64,000 nt of DNA from a virus: positions 1 to 64,000 of the IMG/VR virus record IMGVR_UViG_3300005253_000063. One strand, given 5' to 3'. Positions 26,020 to 37,304 of this stretch are shown here, piece after piece. The translations under genes and the position numbers were made by a program. The first letter of the stretch is position 1. Every line of letters starts with the position of its first letter. The notes under the pieces are model-generated. The model made no database searches, had not been told where the DNA came from, and saw only the letters and a program-made list of their open reading frames with translations.

Positions 26020-29000
26020 ACTCCAGAAGGTCGAGCCACCTCGCGGCAAGCTGCCCGCGTTGAAGATGTCGGACCCGGCGTTCCTGGTCGGACGGCTTCG
26101 CGCGGGGAAGTCGGCCGGCTTCCTGTCGCGCCAGGCACGGCGCCGGCGAGTTGGCGCTCGACAGTTCCTCGTGAACGAGGTCGGGCTCGCGGTCAAGAAG
26201 GGTGTTTTTGTTTGGGCAGTGGTTACACAAGGCGAGCCCGAACGGTTCCGCGACCTCGCGGCAGTGCCCAAGAAGCTGCGCGAAGGCATCGACCAGTTCA
26301 CGCTCGAAGAGTTCTCGACGGTCTCGCCGCTACACTTTATGCCGTTCGAGATCGTCGTGGTGTTCGAGGAGCCTATCGAACTCAAGAAGCCGCCGCCCGG
26401 TCGCCGCTTCGCGAGCGAGATCGAGATCGCGGAGGCCCGGAAGGGCTTCCCGAACTCGGTGGTCGAGGGCGGCATCCACGTCCACACGCTCGACCGCGAC
26501 AAGAAGACGACGCGCGAGGACGGTGCGCACACTCACCTGTTTGCCCTGCCCGACGGGAAGACGATCGTCACCGAGGAGGACGGAGTACACACTCACGCCC
26601 TCGCGAATAGTGGCGCCAACAAGTCGGCCGAGGATGGCGCGCATACGCACCGGGTACGAATGCCCGACGGCTCGATCGTGGAAACCGTTGCTGGGGGTAA
26701 CCACGCCCACCAGCTCCAAGTGTTCTATTCAGCGTTCGATGGGCTGCACCAGCACGAGCTGAAGATCGGCGAGCACTCGTGGCGCAGCGCCAGCCCCGGC
26801 GAGTTTTGGGACGAGTTCCGCGATCGGCTCGACGCACCCGACGTTGATGCGCCACCCGCGTCACAGTTGGCAAAGTCGGGACCATTCTCGCGATGGGGCG
26901 GTTCCGCGAAGTACGCATCGAAGATTGCCACGATGCTCCCCGAGCATAAACGCTACGTCGAGCCCTTCTCCGGCGCGGCTTCTGTGCTGTTCGCCAAGGA
27001 GCGTGCCGACGACGAGGTCTTGAACGACTTCGATGCTGAGGTCTCGCACGCGCTCAAGATGATCCAGAAGGCGGATGAGAAGCTCATCGCTCACCTCAAG
27101 AGGTTCAACCGGAAAGTCCGCGTTGCGGGCTGGAAGGAAATGCTCGATTCGCGGCCGAAGGACCCGGTCGAGCGGCTACATCGGTTCCTCTACTTGCAGG
27201 GCGGCTCATGGGCCGGCGTCCGCCGCGCGAATCCGAACTCGGCCAAGGTCGGGAAAGACGCATACGACCCTGAGAGGCTGGTGCGATTTGCTGAACGGCT
27301 CAAGGGCGTTCGCATCTTCAATCTCGACTACCGCGCGGTTCTGAAGAAGTTTGACTCTCCCGACACACTCTTCTTTATCGATCCACCCTGGTCCGAGGAG
27401 TGGACGGACGCCGCTGATGACATCGGCAAGCGCGACGAGTTCGACCTCGATGAGCTGGTCAAGGTAGTCCGGGCGCTCAAGGGTCAGTGGATTTGCGAAC
27501 TGGGCGACCACGATGAACATCGCGCCGCGCTCAAAGCAATGGGCAGTAAGCAATTTACTATCGCGACCAGTGAAGTTCGGTCAGAGGTTGGCGGTGGCAT
27601 TAAACAAGCTCGGCGCTACTTTGCGACGAACATCGCGACCGCGTGCCGCGAAGCGGAGACCAAGGCCGACATCACTACGGAGGACCTCGTGACCGAAGGC
27701 GGCGCGTTGGTTCCTTCGCAGGACGGACCGGGCAAGCAGCTTAGTGTTGAGGATATCGATCCCGTTCGCCTGCGCCAGCTCAGCGAGGAAGAGTTCAAGA
27801 CGACAGTTGCCCGGGTCGACTCCGCGTACGTCAGCGGGTTCAAGGGGAACGACAAAACTACGCTCCGTGGTCTCTCGCGTGAAGACGTGGTTAATGCTGC
27901 GCTGTTCGTTCTCGACGAAGCGAAGCGTCGCGACCGTGACATCAAGCTCGACAACGCTCTCGTCGACGAGGTGCAGCAGCTCAGGCAGAAGGCCGCAGAG
28001 GACCCCGAGTACGCGACGATTCACGCGTCCGGCGAAGAGCAGGGCGACGTTCTCAAGCTCGATGAGGTGTTGAGCCACCTCAAGTCGTTCAAGCTGCGGA
28101 TGCCGTTGCTTTATCTTGTTGGTGGGCTCGCGAACCGTGGCGAGACGCCCAACGATATCGACCTGCTGATCAAGGGTCCGATGTCACCCGCGCTGCGCCA
28201 CGTTCTGGAGTTTCGCATCGGGCGCATGTTCCCGCCGGAGCTATCACGTCGAATCCAATTCCTCGACGACGAGTTCGGCGGACCGTTCACTCGGCACGTC
28301 GAACTCGCGGATCTCGTTGTCGAGATGCGTCCGCAATTCGACGTGAAGCAGATGGCCCTCGCGAAGCAGGACGATCCGCTGCTCGACCTTCCGAAGCAAC
28401 GCGGGCCCCGTCCGGCGATTCTCCAGTACCACTTCCGCGGCAAGAGTCTGCACGCCGATCTCCGTCTCCAGGTTAGCGACTTCCTGGTCGGCTGGACCTT
28501 GTCCAATCAACGGGCCGGCGCGATTCGACAACCGGTCGACACGGTAGCCAATGCGCGGCGGATCGCGCAGTCGTTCTCGCTCGATGGCGATCGGTTCACG
28601 AAGCCGATGCGCGCGCCGGCCAAACTCTTCGCGACACCGAAGTCGCGGCAGCCGCTCATCTGGCTCGGTATCGACAACCGCGTCTTCGAAGAGGGGGAGG
28701 TTGGCGCGACACGCAACGAAGAAGGCGTGATGGTCATTGCGAGCAAGCCCAAGGTCGAGTTCGGTTTGCAGAAGTCCTTCTCGCACGAGTATTTTTTCAC
28801 TGGGAAGGGATCGGAACTCAGGGGCACGATGTTCTTCCGCCAACTTGTTGGAAAGGCCGACGATGGCGACGGCGGCAAGACGCCTACGGGTGAAGCGTTC
28901 TGGACGTCGTGGGTGAGCAAGGAGTTGATGCCTTCAGTTCTCGGGCGACGCGCGGTCAAAACGAAGTCGATGCCGCCCGATGGACACTCCGCGATCCCGA

Positions 29001-30400
29001 TCTCACTCGAACGGGTGACGCCAAAGGAGTTCCGCTACTGGGAGAGGAAAGGCAACGAGGCGCGGACGGTTCGTGATGCGTTGGTCGATGAGCGCTTCTT
29101 CACCGACGACAACATCAAGCTGGTCGACGGTCAGTACAAGCGTGTGGTGACCGAGAAGAAGTTCTTCGTACCAGCTGATCTTCCAGACGACGCGGCGGTG
29201 GAGGAACTGCCCCGACGTAAGCAGACCGTCGAGATCCTCCAGAAGTACGTCGGTGGCCGCGACCTCGCGATCGTTGTGCCGGTGGGCTTGCCGTTCGAGG
29301 AATGGTCCGATTACTTTGCACTGTGTGCGAAGCAGAACGACGGTGCGGTACTCGTTACCACACCGCCCCATCCGCAGTCGGAGGGCAACGAGGACGCGAT
29401 CGTTGACGCCATTGTTGGTGTCACAACCGACTTCATCGTTGAGCTGCCCAACTCGGCGTACGCGCTTGCAGCGCTCGCGAAGATCGGCCGCCCCTTCAGG
29501 ATTGCAGGCAAGGGCGGGCGGCTCTATGTCGCGTCGCTTCCGCCCGCGTCGAAAGTCGACATCGAGTGGATCGATCTGGCCGATGCGACGTATGCGCTTG
29601 GTGGGCAGACGTCCTCGTGGACCAAGCTCAAACTCGCTCGCATCGTCAATGCGATCGTCCACGGTCGAGACTCCGTGAAGGACTCCCCGGGCGTCTGGAA
29701 CTACTTTGGTGCAGTCGGGCCGATTCCCAAGGCCGATACTGGGAAGTGGAAGGAAACGGTCGAGGTTGGCGGCAAGCTCTACGTGCCGATCGGCACGACG
29801 GGCAACTCCAAGGTCGATGCGAAGGTCGGCGACGTCATTATTGCAGAGGTGTCGGAGATCCTCTTCACCGAGACTGAGCCGTTCCGGCTGCGTTGGTTCG
29901 GGCCCGCCTCGGTTGTCAAGCTGTCGGACCGCAAGTCGTCATCTGGCATTCAGGAGGTCCTCGACCTGCTTGAGCCGGGTGAGCGCAAGAAGTCGATGAG
30001 CCCGGACGACGAGCTGCTCCTTGGCGAGCGTGTCGTCAAGGTCGTCCGACCGAAGGATGCCGAAGAGCGGTACGTGCTCGGAATCGTTCTTGAACCCGAG
30101 ACCATCGACGCTCAGCGAGACATCTACTCGCACGAGGAGGTCCGGCAGGTTGCACACAAGTTCATGGAGCGGTTCCAGAACATCGGTCTCATGCACCAGA
30201 CCGTCATCAACAGTCGGGTCAAGATCCTCGAATCCTTCCTGGCCCCGAGCGACTTCAAGGTCGGCAGACAGCTCGTGAAGCGGGGCACCTGGCTGCTCGC
30301 TGTGCGCATCAAGGACGACGACCTGTGGAAAAAAGTGAAGACAGAAGGCTTGACGGGCTTCTCGATCGGGGGCAGTGCTGTACGAGTACCGGATGCCTAG
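26009..30400 (+). CDS. Polyprotein: His-repeat region, Dam-like MTase, NTase-like, LigD phosphoesterase-like, C-terminal XkdF-type prohead protease
   Basis: GxHxH x6; [20 protein letters not shown]; YLVGGL...DIDLL; [15 protein letters not shown]; [17 protein letters not shown]...MHQ...GTWLL...TGFSIGG. Start uncertain (GTG 26009 or ATG 26066). Confidence 0.8.
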   Translation: MGTELQKVEPPRGKLPALKMSDPAFLVGRLRAGKSAGFLSRQARRRRVGARQFLVNEVGLAVKKGVFVWAVVTQGEPERFRDLAAVPKKLREGIDQFTLEEFSTVSPLHFMPFEIVVVFEEPIELKKPPPGRRFASEIEIAEARKGFPNSVVEGGIHVHTLDRDKKTTREDGAHTHLFALPDGKTIVTEEDGVHTHALANSGANKSAEDGAHTHRVRMPDGSIVETVAGGNHAHQLQVFYSAFDGLHQHELKIGEHSWRSASPGEFWDEFRDRLDAPDVDAPPASQLAKSGPFSRWGGSAKYASKIATMLPEHKRYVEPFSGAASVLFAKERADDEVLNDFDAEVSHALKMIQKADEKLIAHLKRFNRKVRVAGWKEMLDSRPKDPVERLHRFLYLQGGSWAGVRRANPNSAKVGKDAYDPERLVRFAERLKGVRIFNLDYRAVLKKFDSPDTLFFIDPPWSEEWTDAADDIGKRDEFDLDELVKVVRALKGQWICELGDHDEHRAALKAMGSKQFTIATSEVRSEVGGGIKQARRYFATNIATACREAETKADITTEDLVTEGGALVPSQDGPGKQLSVEDIDPVRLRQLSEEEFKTTVARVDSAYVSGFKGNDKTTLRGLSREDVVNAALFVLDEAKRRDRDIKLDNALVDEVQQLRQKAAEDPEYATIHASGEEQGDVLKLDEVLSHLKSFKLRMPLLYLVGGLANRGETPNDIDLLIKGPMSPALRHVLEFRIGRMFPPELSRRIQFLDDEFGGPFTRHVELADLVVEMRPQFDVKQMALAKQDDPLLDLPKQRGPRPAILQYHFRGKSLHADLRLQVSDFLVGWTLSNQRAGAIRQPVDTVANARRIAQSFSLDGDRFTKPMRAPAKLFATPKSRQPLIWLGIDNRVFEEGEVGATRNEEGVMVIASKPKVEFGLQKSFSHEYFFTGKGSELRGTMFFRQLVGKADDGDGGKTPTGEAFWTSWVSKELMPSVLGRRAVKTKSMPPDGHSAIPISLERVTPKEFRYWERKGNEARTVRDALVDERFFTDDNIKLVDGQYKRVVTEKKFFVPADLPDDAAVEELPRRKQTVEILQKYVGGRDLAIVVPVGLPFEEWSDYFALCAKQNDGAVLVTTPPHPQSEGNEDAIVDAIVGVTTDFIVELPNSAYALAALAKIGRPFRIAGKGGRLYVASLPPASKVDIEWIDLADATYALGGQTSSWTKLKLARIVNAIVHGRDSVKDSPGVWNYFGAVGPIPKADTGKWKETVEVGGKLYVPIGTTGNSKVDAKVGDVIIAEVSEILFTETEPFRLRWFGPASVVKLSDRKSSSGIQEVLDLLEPGERKKSMSPDDELLLGERVVKVVRPKDAEERYVLGIVLEPETIDAQRDIYSHEEVRQVAHKFMERFQNIGLMHQTVINSRVKILESFLAPSDFKVGRQLVKRGTWLLAVRIKDDDLWKKVKTEGLTGFSIGGSAVRVPDA

Positions 30401-30502
30401 GGGAGTTTACGCGCGAAAACACTACCGTAACGAGCGTGAGTCGGTTAGAGTCCCGGATTGACAGCGACTTTAGATCCGGGGCAGACTGTCCAGTGAGCGT
30501 AC

Positions 30503-31558
30503 GTGTCGGAGCAGACGATCAGTGACCGCGACAAAGACGAAGACGAAGACGAGGACGGAATCTTCCGCCTCTTCGATATGCTCGTTGAAGAAGTCTCGTT
30601 GGTCGATCGCCCCGCGAACAAGCGACGTTTCTTGGTCGTGAAGAGGAGAGACGAGATGGCTCAAGCGAACGCAGGCACCGAAGTCGTCGTAGACGAGACC
30701 GGCGAGTTGACCGCGAAGCCCGATGACGGCGGCGACGGTGCAGGCGACGGTGTAGGCGACGGTGAAGGTGGTGGCGACGCAACCGCAGCCGCTATCGTAG
30801 CCGTGGAAGAAGCCATCTCGAAGGCGCTGACGATTCCGAAGCCGGTCAAGGCTGCGGTCCTTCGCCTCGCGACCGAGGCGCTCGAACGTCAACTGTCCTT
30901 GGTCGACACAATCAAGTCGGCGAAGGAGACGGACGAACAAATCGACAAACCGTTGCCCGCCCAGGTATCCCGCGAGATCGGTGCGATCGTGAAGCTCCTA
31001 CAGGGCATCGGCGAGCGCTATCCGTCGCCGGTCGCGGGTGCGGCTGCCGCGAAGTCCGATGACGAGACCGACGCGGTCGCGCTCGACGACCTGGTCTCCG
31101 CGCTGAACAGCATCACCGAGAAGGTGACGCCCATCGACAAGCGCGGACGCAAGATGGCGAAAGAGAAGCTGAAGCGCTTCCGCGCCGCGCTGAAGGCGCT
31201 CGACGAGTTGCTCAAGGAGTTGGACCCCGAGGCGGCCGGTATCGTCGCCGAGCCGGCGAAGGGTTTGCACGACGGCAAGGACAAAGGCAAGACGAAGAAG
31301 GACGACAAGCCCGCCGAGCCGATCGCGAAGTCCTCGCCCGACGTCGAGAAGCTCGTGACCAGCGTCACGGAGCTGACCGAGGTCGTGAAGCAGCAGTCGA
31401 CGGAGCTGACGGCCCTCAAGAAGGCGCACGGTCTTCCGAGCGCGTTGACGGTCGATGGCGGCGGTGGTCCGCCTCCGAAAGAGGCATCGTGGCCCGCCGA
31501 CATGAACAACCCGATCAATCGGGACACGGTCAAGAAGGAACACTGGTTCGGGGAGTAG
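30503..31558 (+). CDS. Capsid scaffold / protease-associated protein
   Basis: N-terminal EEVSLVDRPANKRRFLVVK; lies between protease and capsid genes; helical. Confidence 0.7.
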   Translation: MSEQTISDRDKDEDEDEDGIFRLFDMLVEEVSLVDRPANKRRFLVVKRRDEMAQANAGTEVVVDETGELTAKPDDGGDGAGDGVGDGEGGGDATAAAIVAVEEAISKALTIPKPVKAAVLRLATEALERQLSLVDTIKSAKETDEQIDKPLPAQVSREIGAIVKLLQGIGERYPSPVAGAAAAKSDDETDAVALDDLVSALNSITEKVTPIDKRGRKMAKEKLKRFRAALKALDELLKELDPEAAGIVAEPAKGLHDGKDKGKTKKDDKPAEPIAKSSPDVEKLVTSVTELTEVVKQQSTELTALKKAHGLPSALTVDGGGGPPPKEASWPADMNNPINRDTVKKEHWFGE

Positions 31559-31596
31559 ACCCCGCACTTCTCTAGGCTCACTCACGGAGGAAGATC

Positions 31597-32556
31597 ATGG
31601 GACTCGCAAGCGTTATCGACAATCGGTCGATCCTGGAGAAGGCGACCGACCTGGCCCTCTCCGACCTGACCACCGATGGTGGTCTGTTGGAGGCGGAGCA
31701 GGCGCAACGCTTCATTCGCATCCTGATCGACGAGTCGGTCATCATGAAGCAGGCGACCGTCGCGCCGATGAAGAGCCACAAGAAGCTCATCGAGAAGGCG
31801 CGGTTCGAGGGTCGCGTCCTTCGCGCCGGTGCGGAGGCGACCGCTCTGCCGGTGGGTGACCGGTCGAAGCCCGACCTCTCGAAGGTCGAGCTGGACGCGC
31901 AGTTGTTCAAGGCGGAAGTGCGCCTGAACGACGAGGTGCTCGAAGACAACATCGAGCGCGCGAACCTCAAGAACACCATCATGCAGATGATGGCCGAGGC
32001 GATCTCTCGCGACATGGACGAGATCGTGATCAACGGGGACACCGGGTCCGCCGACCTGTTCCTCGCGAAGTTCGACGGGATGCTCGTTCAGGCCACGTCG
32101 AACCTCGTCGCCGCGGGCTCGATCCCGCTCGACAAGACCGTCCTCCGCAACATGCTGAAGACGATGCCCAGCGAGTTCTTGCGGAACAAGCGGGCGATGC
32201 GCTACTTCACTTCGGTGGACGCGCGCCTCGACTACGTCGACACGCTGTCGGACCGCGCCACCGACCTCGGCGACCGCACGACCACCCAGGACCCGGGTAC
32301 CGAGATCGGCTACTCGGCCGTTCCGGTGGTCGACGTGCCGCTGTTCCCGGAGAACCAGGGCGGCGGTACCGACGAGACCAGCGTGGTTCTCACGGACCCG
32401 AAGAACATCCACGTCGGCATCTGGCGCAACATCAAGGTCGAGACGGATCGTCTCGTCCGCGAGGGTGTGCTGATCATCGTCGCCACCTTGCGCTTCGACA
32501 TGAAGTTCGCGGAGGAGACGGCCGTCGTGAAGGCGACGGCGGTGAAGGTCGCGTAG
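31597..32556 (+). CDS. Major capsid protein (HK97 fold)
   Basis: [13 protein letters not shown]...EVLEDNIER...INGDT; position and 319-aa size. Confidence 0.9.
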   Translation: MGLASVIDNRSILEKATDLALSDLTTDGGLLEAEQAQRFIRILIDESVIMKQATVAPMKSHKKLIEKARFEGRVLRAGAEATALPVGDRSKPDLSKVELDAQLFKAEVRLNDEVLEDNIERANLKNTIMQMMAEAISRDMDEIVINGDTGSADLFLAKFDGMLVQATSNLVAAGSIPLDKTVLRNMLKTMPSEFLRNKRAMRYFTSVDARLDYVDTLSDRATDLGDRTTTQDPGTEIGYSAVPVVDVPLFPENQGGGTDETSVVLTDPKNIHVGIWRNIKVETDRLVREGVLIIVATLRFDMKFAEETAVVKATAVKVA

Positions 32557-32615
32557 CAACCCGTCAACCCTGAAGGGCGGGGCAGAGTGCCCCGCCCGCC
32601 ACCGGAGGAAAGACT

Positions 32616-32942
32616 ATGGCACTCGGAGCAATCACAGGCGTGGCCGCGGTTGGGCACGAAGGCGGCCCGGAGTTCATCGAGCGCGTCACCATCGTGGGTG
32701 ACGGTTCCTACCCGACGGGCGGGACGGCGCTCTTCCAGGCGGCGGTACGCGCCGCGCTTGGCAAGGGCAACCTGGAGTTGCTCGCCGTCATCCACCAGGG
32801 CCCCATCGGCGCCGACTTCATCATCGCGTACGACAAGACGAACGACAAGCTCACGGCGCGCGTAGCTTCGACCGGTGTCGAAGTTGCCGGCACCGTCGAT
32901 ATGTCGGGCACCACGCTCGAAGCGCTCATCTTCGCGAAGTAG
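32616..32942 (+). CDS. Putative head decoration protein
   Basis: GDGSYPTGG motif; immediately after capsid gene. Confidence 0.55.
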   Translation: MALGAITGVAAVGHEGGPEFIERVTIVGDGSYPTGGTALFQAAVRAALGKGNLELLAVIHQGPIGADFIIAYDKTNDKLTARVASTGVEVAGTVDMSGTTLEALIFAK

Positions 32943-32951
32943 GAGGCCGGC

Positions 32952-33212
32952 ATGGCATCGACAGTCAAGACCAACTCGTTCAGTGGCGGCGCAGCCGTCC
33001 AGCCTGGCGGTTCCGCAGGGAAGGACGACCTTGCGACCATGCTTCGCGATGCAGTCGACGACGTGACGGAGTTGCGCACACAACTCATCGCGTTCTTCGC
33101 GAAGCTCGATACCGATTTCGCGGCGCAGAACGGGGTAGTCACTTCTTCGCAGCTCGACGTCGACTACGAGTCGGTGCTGACCCCGGCGGCGCAGGCACTC
33201 ACCAAGGGCTAG
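32952..33212 (+). CDS. Virion-associated hypothetical protein
   Basis: SD AGGAGG. Confidence 0.6.
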   Translation: MASTVKTNSFSGGAAVQPGGSAGKDDLATMLRDAVDDVTELRTQLIAFFAKLDTDFAAQNGVVTSSQLDVDYESVLTPAAQALTKG

Positions 33213-33224
33213 GAAAGGCAACCC

Positions 33225-33599
33225 ATGGCCAAACTCGTAAGGCTCAAGCCGTACGACAAGCATCGGGGTCATGTACTCCGCCGGCTCCACGTCCACGGGA
33301 CCCTCTTCCACGAGGCGCGTGGCTGGTACAAGGTCGACGACGCGGTGGCCGAGAGGCTCGCATCGGTCCACCAGAGGGACAACGATCCGGTTTCGCCGCT
33401 CGCCTTCGACATCTGCTCCGAAGAGGAAGCAGTCCAGCTGGAGACAGACGAGAGGAAGGCTGCCGAAGCCCGCGCATCGGCAGCGGAGCCGAATGTCTCA
33501 GCTGCGACCGACCTCACCTCGAAGGACGTCAAGCCGGACGAGGACGAGAGGCCGGCGTCACGGCGCCGGTCCCGCCGGAAGCCCTCCGACGACGAGTAG
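33225..33599 (+). CDS. Hypothetical protein
   Basis: ORF in the head operon. Confidence 0.6.
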   Translation: MAKLVRLKPYDKHRGHVLRRLHVHGTLFHEARGWYKVDDAVAERLASVHQRDNDPVSPLAFDICSEEEAVQLETDERKAAEARASAAEPNVSAATDLTSKDVKPDEDERPASRRRSRRKPSDDE

Positions 33600-33643
33600 G
33601 CGGACCGAAACCGCCGCTCTTGCCGTGCTAGCATAGGCTCGGG

Positions 33644-34747
33644 ATGAGGTACCTCGCGCAGGGTCAGACGGTTGGCTGTTCTCTGCCGTTGCTGGAACTT
33701 CCCACCGTCTTCGGTGGGTTCCAGAAGGACGCCTTCTCGGTCGAGTTCACGATCCATGACGGGGCCGGTACGCAGACCTTCCCGGCCGCCGGGCGCGAAG
33801 TCGTTGACCTGAACGATTGTCCGACAGGGACGCGCCTTGGCGTGGGGCGCTACGCCGCCGCGTGGACGGTTTCGTTGACCGAGCCGTTGGGCCGTCACGA
33901 GATCCGTTGGTTCTACAAGGAGACTGCGGCATCCGATGAACAGATCCTCGTCCGTAAGTTCGAGGTGCTGGTGACTGTGTCCGACCCGCTCGCACCCGCG
34001 TATGCCAGTATCGCCGAGATGCGCGAGGACGGCATCACGGAGGCCGATGCGAGCGACGCTCGACTGTTGCGGCTCCTACAATTCGCCAGTCGTCGGGTCG
34101 AACAGTTCACGGGGCGCCACTTCGATCCACGTTCGCTGACCCTCATGGTCGATGGCTCGGGCGGCCGGTCGCAGCTCCTCGACCAGCCAATCATTGCCTT
34201 GGAGTCCGTAGCTCTCGATGCGAGCGCCTTCGTTGGCGCCGAGCTGCTCATCGAGAATGATCTGTTCCTCGTCTACAATCGACACCTCTCGCAGGGTTTG
34301 CTGCATCCAGACGACCGTAACAACCCGAAGATCGAGTTCGTGCACGGCCGCGATCTCTTTGGCCGGGGTCAGCTCGATATCATCCAAGGGCTTACGCTCA
34401 CCCGTTTGGCGTTCCCGATCGGACCGCAGAACGTACGTATCACTGGGGTCTTTGGCTACACCGATGCAGATGGTACGCCGCTTGGTGACACGCCCGTACT
34501 TCTGCAGCATGCGACGAAGCTACTGCTCTTGCGAGACCTACCGGGGCTCACCGATTGCGATGCACGTGAGGACGCCCAGAAGCGCTGGCGGCTCCTTGCG
34601 GAGAAGACGAGTGAGCAGAGCTACCGGCTGGCCAACCTCTCGTCAGCGGGCACTGCGCACGTTGCCACGGGTGCGCTCTCAGGTGATCCGGAGATTGACA
34701 CAATTCTTGTGCAATACCTTCGGCCACCCGCAATGGGGTCGGCATGA
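33644..34747 (+). CDS. Putative head-tail connector/adaptor
   Basis: YASIAEMREDG...ASRRVEQFTGRHF...GDPEIDTILVQY; position. Confidence 0.6.
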   Translation: MRYLAQGQTVGCSLPLLELPTVFGGFQKDAFSVEFTIHDGAGTQTFPAAGREVVDLNDCPTGTRLGVGRYAAAWTVSLTEPLGRHEIRWFYKETAASDEQILVRKFEVLVTVSDPLAPAYASIAEMREDGITEADASDARLLRLLQFASRRVEQFTGRHFDPRSLTLMVDGSGGRSQLLDQPIIALESVALDASAFVGAELLIENDLFLVYNRHLSQGLLHPDDRNNPKIEFVHGRDLFGRGQLDIIQGLTLTRLAFPIGPQNVRITGVFGYTDADGTPLGDTPVLLQHATKLLLLRDLPGLTDCDAREDAQKRWRLLAEKTSEQSYRLANLSSAGTAHVATGALSGDPEIDTILVQYLRPPAMGSA

Positions 34748-34748
34748 T

Positions 34749-35285
34749 ATGCGCGGGCGACTGATCAACCCGTTCGAGGTCGAGTTGGCGCAGCTTGACA
34801 CAAGCGCAATGGATCTTGATCCGGACGGGTCCGCGGGGCCGCTTACGTCGGGCTACGACGACGACTTCCGCGAGCCCGTTGTGCTGCTACGTGACGAAGT
34901 CGCCGACGACACGACCGGGATCGCGCTTCGCAAGGAGACGTTCATCAGGGTGCCGTGCCAGATTGAGCCGCAGTCGTGGGAGCAGCTCCGGCAGCTCCTC
35001 GGTGGTTCGTCGCCCAATGCGGCGGTGCGAATCGTCTTTCATTTCCGAGACCTGGAACGCCTCTGCTTCATCGACTCCGACACGGGCGAGGCGCTCATTC
35101 GTAACAACGATCGGCTCTGCTCGATCTTCGGCTGTGATGGCGAACTGCTTCAGGAGGTTCGGAACCCGCCTGGGTTGTTCGCGACTCAGGTCAGACCGAA
35201 CTTCGGAATCGGGCGCAGCAGGAACCTGCTGATTGCAACGTTCGAGGAGCGCGAGCAGGGCACGCTTCAAGCTGTCGCGCGATGA
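34749..35285 (+). CDS. Putative head closure protein
   Basis: MRGRLINPF...GYDDDFREPV; position. Confidence 0.55.
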   Translation: MRGRLINPFEVELAQLDTSAMDLDPDGSAGPLTSGYDDDFREPVVLLRDEVADDTTGIALRKETFIRVPCQIEPQSWEQLRQLLGGSSPNAAVRIVFHFRDLERLCFIDSDTGEALIRNNDRLCSIFGCDGELLQEVRNPPGLFATQVRPNFGIGRSRNLLIATFEEREQGTLQAVAR

Positions 35286-35914
35286 GCGTCACTAAGGTCG
35301 GTGATTGGGGCAAGGCGCAAGCGATCCTTGGAGCATCAAGTGCCAAGTTTCGAAAGGCGTTCGACAAAGCCCTGCTGCAGGAGGCGCAGTTCTTCCGCAA
35401 GAAGATCATCCAGGGCTTCACGCGGCAGGCCCCTGGCGGAAAGAAGTTCCGCAAGTTGGCGAGGTCAACGTTGCGGTCGCGCCGGTTCAAGGGTTTTCGC
35501 GGACGCAAGGCGCTCATTCGTACCGCTGAGCTACGCAACTCGGTCACGCTCGTCAAAAAGCGCGAGGGCATCTTTGTCGGTGTGCTCAGGTCGGCGCGGG
35601 GTAAGGATGGGCGGAAGCTGGTTGACATCGCCCTTCTCATGGAGAAGGGCTCGCGTCCGATCGTTATTCGGATCACGCCGAAGATGCAGCGGTTCCTCGC
35701 GGCGATGTTCGGGGGTCGACGCGCACGGCGTCTCAAGAAAAAATCAGCTGGTGTGCAGGGGATCATCATAATCAAGATCCCGGCACGGCCTTTCTTAGCG
35801 CCCATCTTCAAACGGTTCGGCAGACCGTCGATGGTCAAAAACCGCTTCCTTGCGCGTGTCGCGAAACAGCTGAAGGGTGACTATGGCGTCGCCCTCGCAA
35901 AGACCTCGCTCTAA
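35282..35914 (+). CDS. Putative neck/tail-completion protein (virion morphogenesis family)
   Basis: Basic; KALIRTAELRNSV...IPARPFLAP. Confidence 0.65.
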   Translation: MSVTKVGDWGKAQAILGASSAKFRKAFDKALLQEAQFFRKKIIQGFTRQAPGGKKFRKLARSTLRSRRFKGFRGRKALIRTAELRNSVTLVKKREGIFVGVLRSARGKDGRKLVDIALLMEKGSRPIVIRITPKMQRFLAAMFGGRRARRLKKKSAGVQGIIIIKIPARPFLAPIFKRFGRPSMVKNRFLARVAKQLKGDYGVALAKTSL

Positions 35915-35948
35915 GAAGGCGAAACCCCTCGTGCTATAGTCGAACTCG

Positions 35949-36938
35949 TTGGCCGTTCCGCTCATCATTTCGGCAGTGCCCAACACCGGACCAGCCGGTG
36001 GGTTGACCCTCGTCACTCTCACAACCAACAATCTGCGTGAGCATCCCGAGCCGCCACTGACTGGACAGACGAGCGGCGTCCTGCAACGCAACGTCCAGGT
36101 ACTGTTCGGTGCAACGCCCGCGGACGACGTACGCGTCATCTCACAAGGCAAGGCGACCTGCCTCACCCCGATCCACGATCCCGGTCGGGTCGATGTCACC
36201 GTCAAGAACCTCGACGACAACGGAGATCCGATCGTAGGCGAAGAGGCAACGAAAGCGAGCGCCTACACGTTTCAACGACCGAACCTGACCGTTGAGTCGG
36301 ACTTCACCCGGGTTATCCGCACGCTGCTCCGCGAGATGAAGCGGCAGATTCTACCCGAGGTGAGCATCACCGTCCATACCGACTACGACGAAGATACAGG
36401 CGACTTCCTCAACACTCCGAAGGTCGCTTCGCTGCCCGCCCTGATTCTCAACGGGCCCGACGTGGCCGAGAACCGCTTCTTCTCGGTCAACCAGAACACC
36501 CAGGTCACGTTGCCCGATGGCACGGTGCAGCTTCGGCGGGGGCCCTACACGGTCGATCTGGAGTTCGACCTGATCGGAGCTGCCGATTTGACCAAGCAGC
36601 TTTTCGACTTGTCGGCCGCGACCACCCTCTTCTTCCATCGAAACAAGTTCCTGGTGATGGACAGAGACCCCGCCGACGCCTCGCTAGGCACGGTTCGCTA
36701 CGAGATGGATTTCATCCCAGAGGGTGAGCCCGACTCGACTACGAGGCGTGGCGAGTCCAACATTCGCAGCTTCTCTGGTACGGTACTGATCCGGGGCTTT
36801 GACCTTGAAGATTTGGCTGGAGTAACGGATGATGCGGTCGTTGGCCTGTCGAAGGAGATGCCGACGGTACCCGAGCTTGAAGACGCGAATCAACTCAACC
36901 CCGGTCTTCCGGTTGGTAAGTCCCCGGGCAGCTGTTAG
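35949..36938 (+). CDS. IPT/TIG-domain structural protein, possible tail terminator
   Basis: PNTGPAGGLTLVTL...VLFG...GRVDVTVKN (IPT/TIG pattern); precedes sheath. Confidence 0.6.
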   Translation: MAVPLIISAVPNTGPAGGLTLVTLTTNNLREHPEPPLTGQTSGVLQRNVQVLFGATPADDVRVISQGKATCLTPIHDPGRVDVTVKNLDDNGDPIVGEEATKASAYTFQRPNLTVESDFTRVIRTLLREMKRQILPEVSITVHTDYDEDTGDFLNTPKVASLPALILNGPDVAENRFFSVNQNTQVTLPDGTVQLRRGPYTVDLEFDLIGAADLTKQLFDLSAATTLFFHRNKFLVMDRDPADASLGTVRYEMDFIPEGEPDSTTRRGESNIRSFSGTVLIRGFDLEDLAGVTDDAVVGLSKEMPTVPELEDANQLNPGLPVGKSPGSC

Positions 36939-36947
36939 GAGTCTCGT

Positions 36948-37301
36948 ATGACGGTCACCTTGATCAGCCACGTTCCTCGGATGCAGGTGTTCAACCTTGA
37001 CCACCCGACCTTTCGTACGAAGGAGTGGGGGTTCCAGCGCAAGGATATGGTCGTGATCGAGGAGAGTCGCGACGGTCGAAGCGCACCGAAGAACATTCGC
37101 AAGTCGATCTGCGGCAGCTTGACGTTACGTGCTCACGAGAAGCGTGAAGATCTGCCGCCGCAGATCGTCAACGTGCCCGAGGTAAAGAGTGCGCGCGATC
37201 TGGGCTACGTCTCGATCGAGAAGAGCGTGCCGCCGGCTAAGGTGCCGCAACCGAAGAACAAGCCGACGTCCAAGAAGCGGCGCAGCGACACGGAGGGCTA
37301 A
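36948..37301 (+). CDS. Hypothetical protein
   Basis: SD AGGAG; small gene before sheath. Confidence 0.6.
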   Translation: MTVTLISHVPRMQVFNLDHPTFRTKEWGFQRKDMVVIEESRDGRSAPKNIRKSICGSLTLRAHEKREDLPPQIVNVPEVKSARDLGYVSIEKSVPPAKVPQPKNKPTSKKRRSDTEG

Positions 37302-37304
37302 CCG

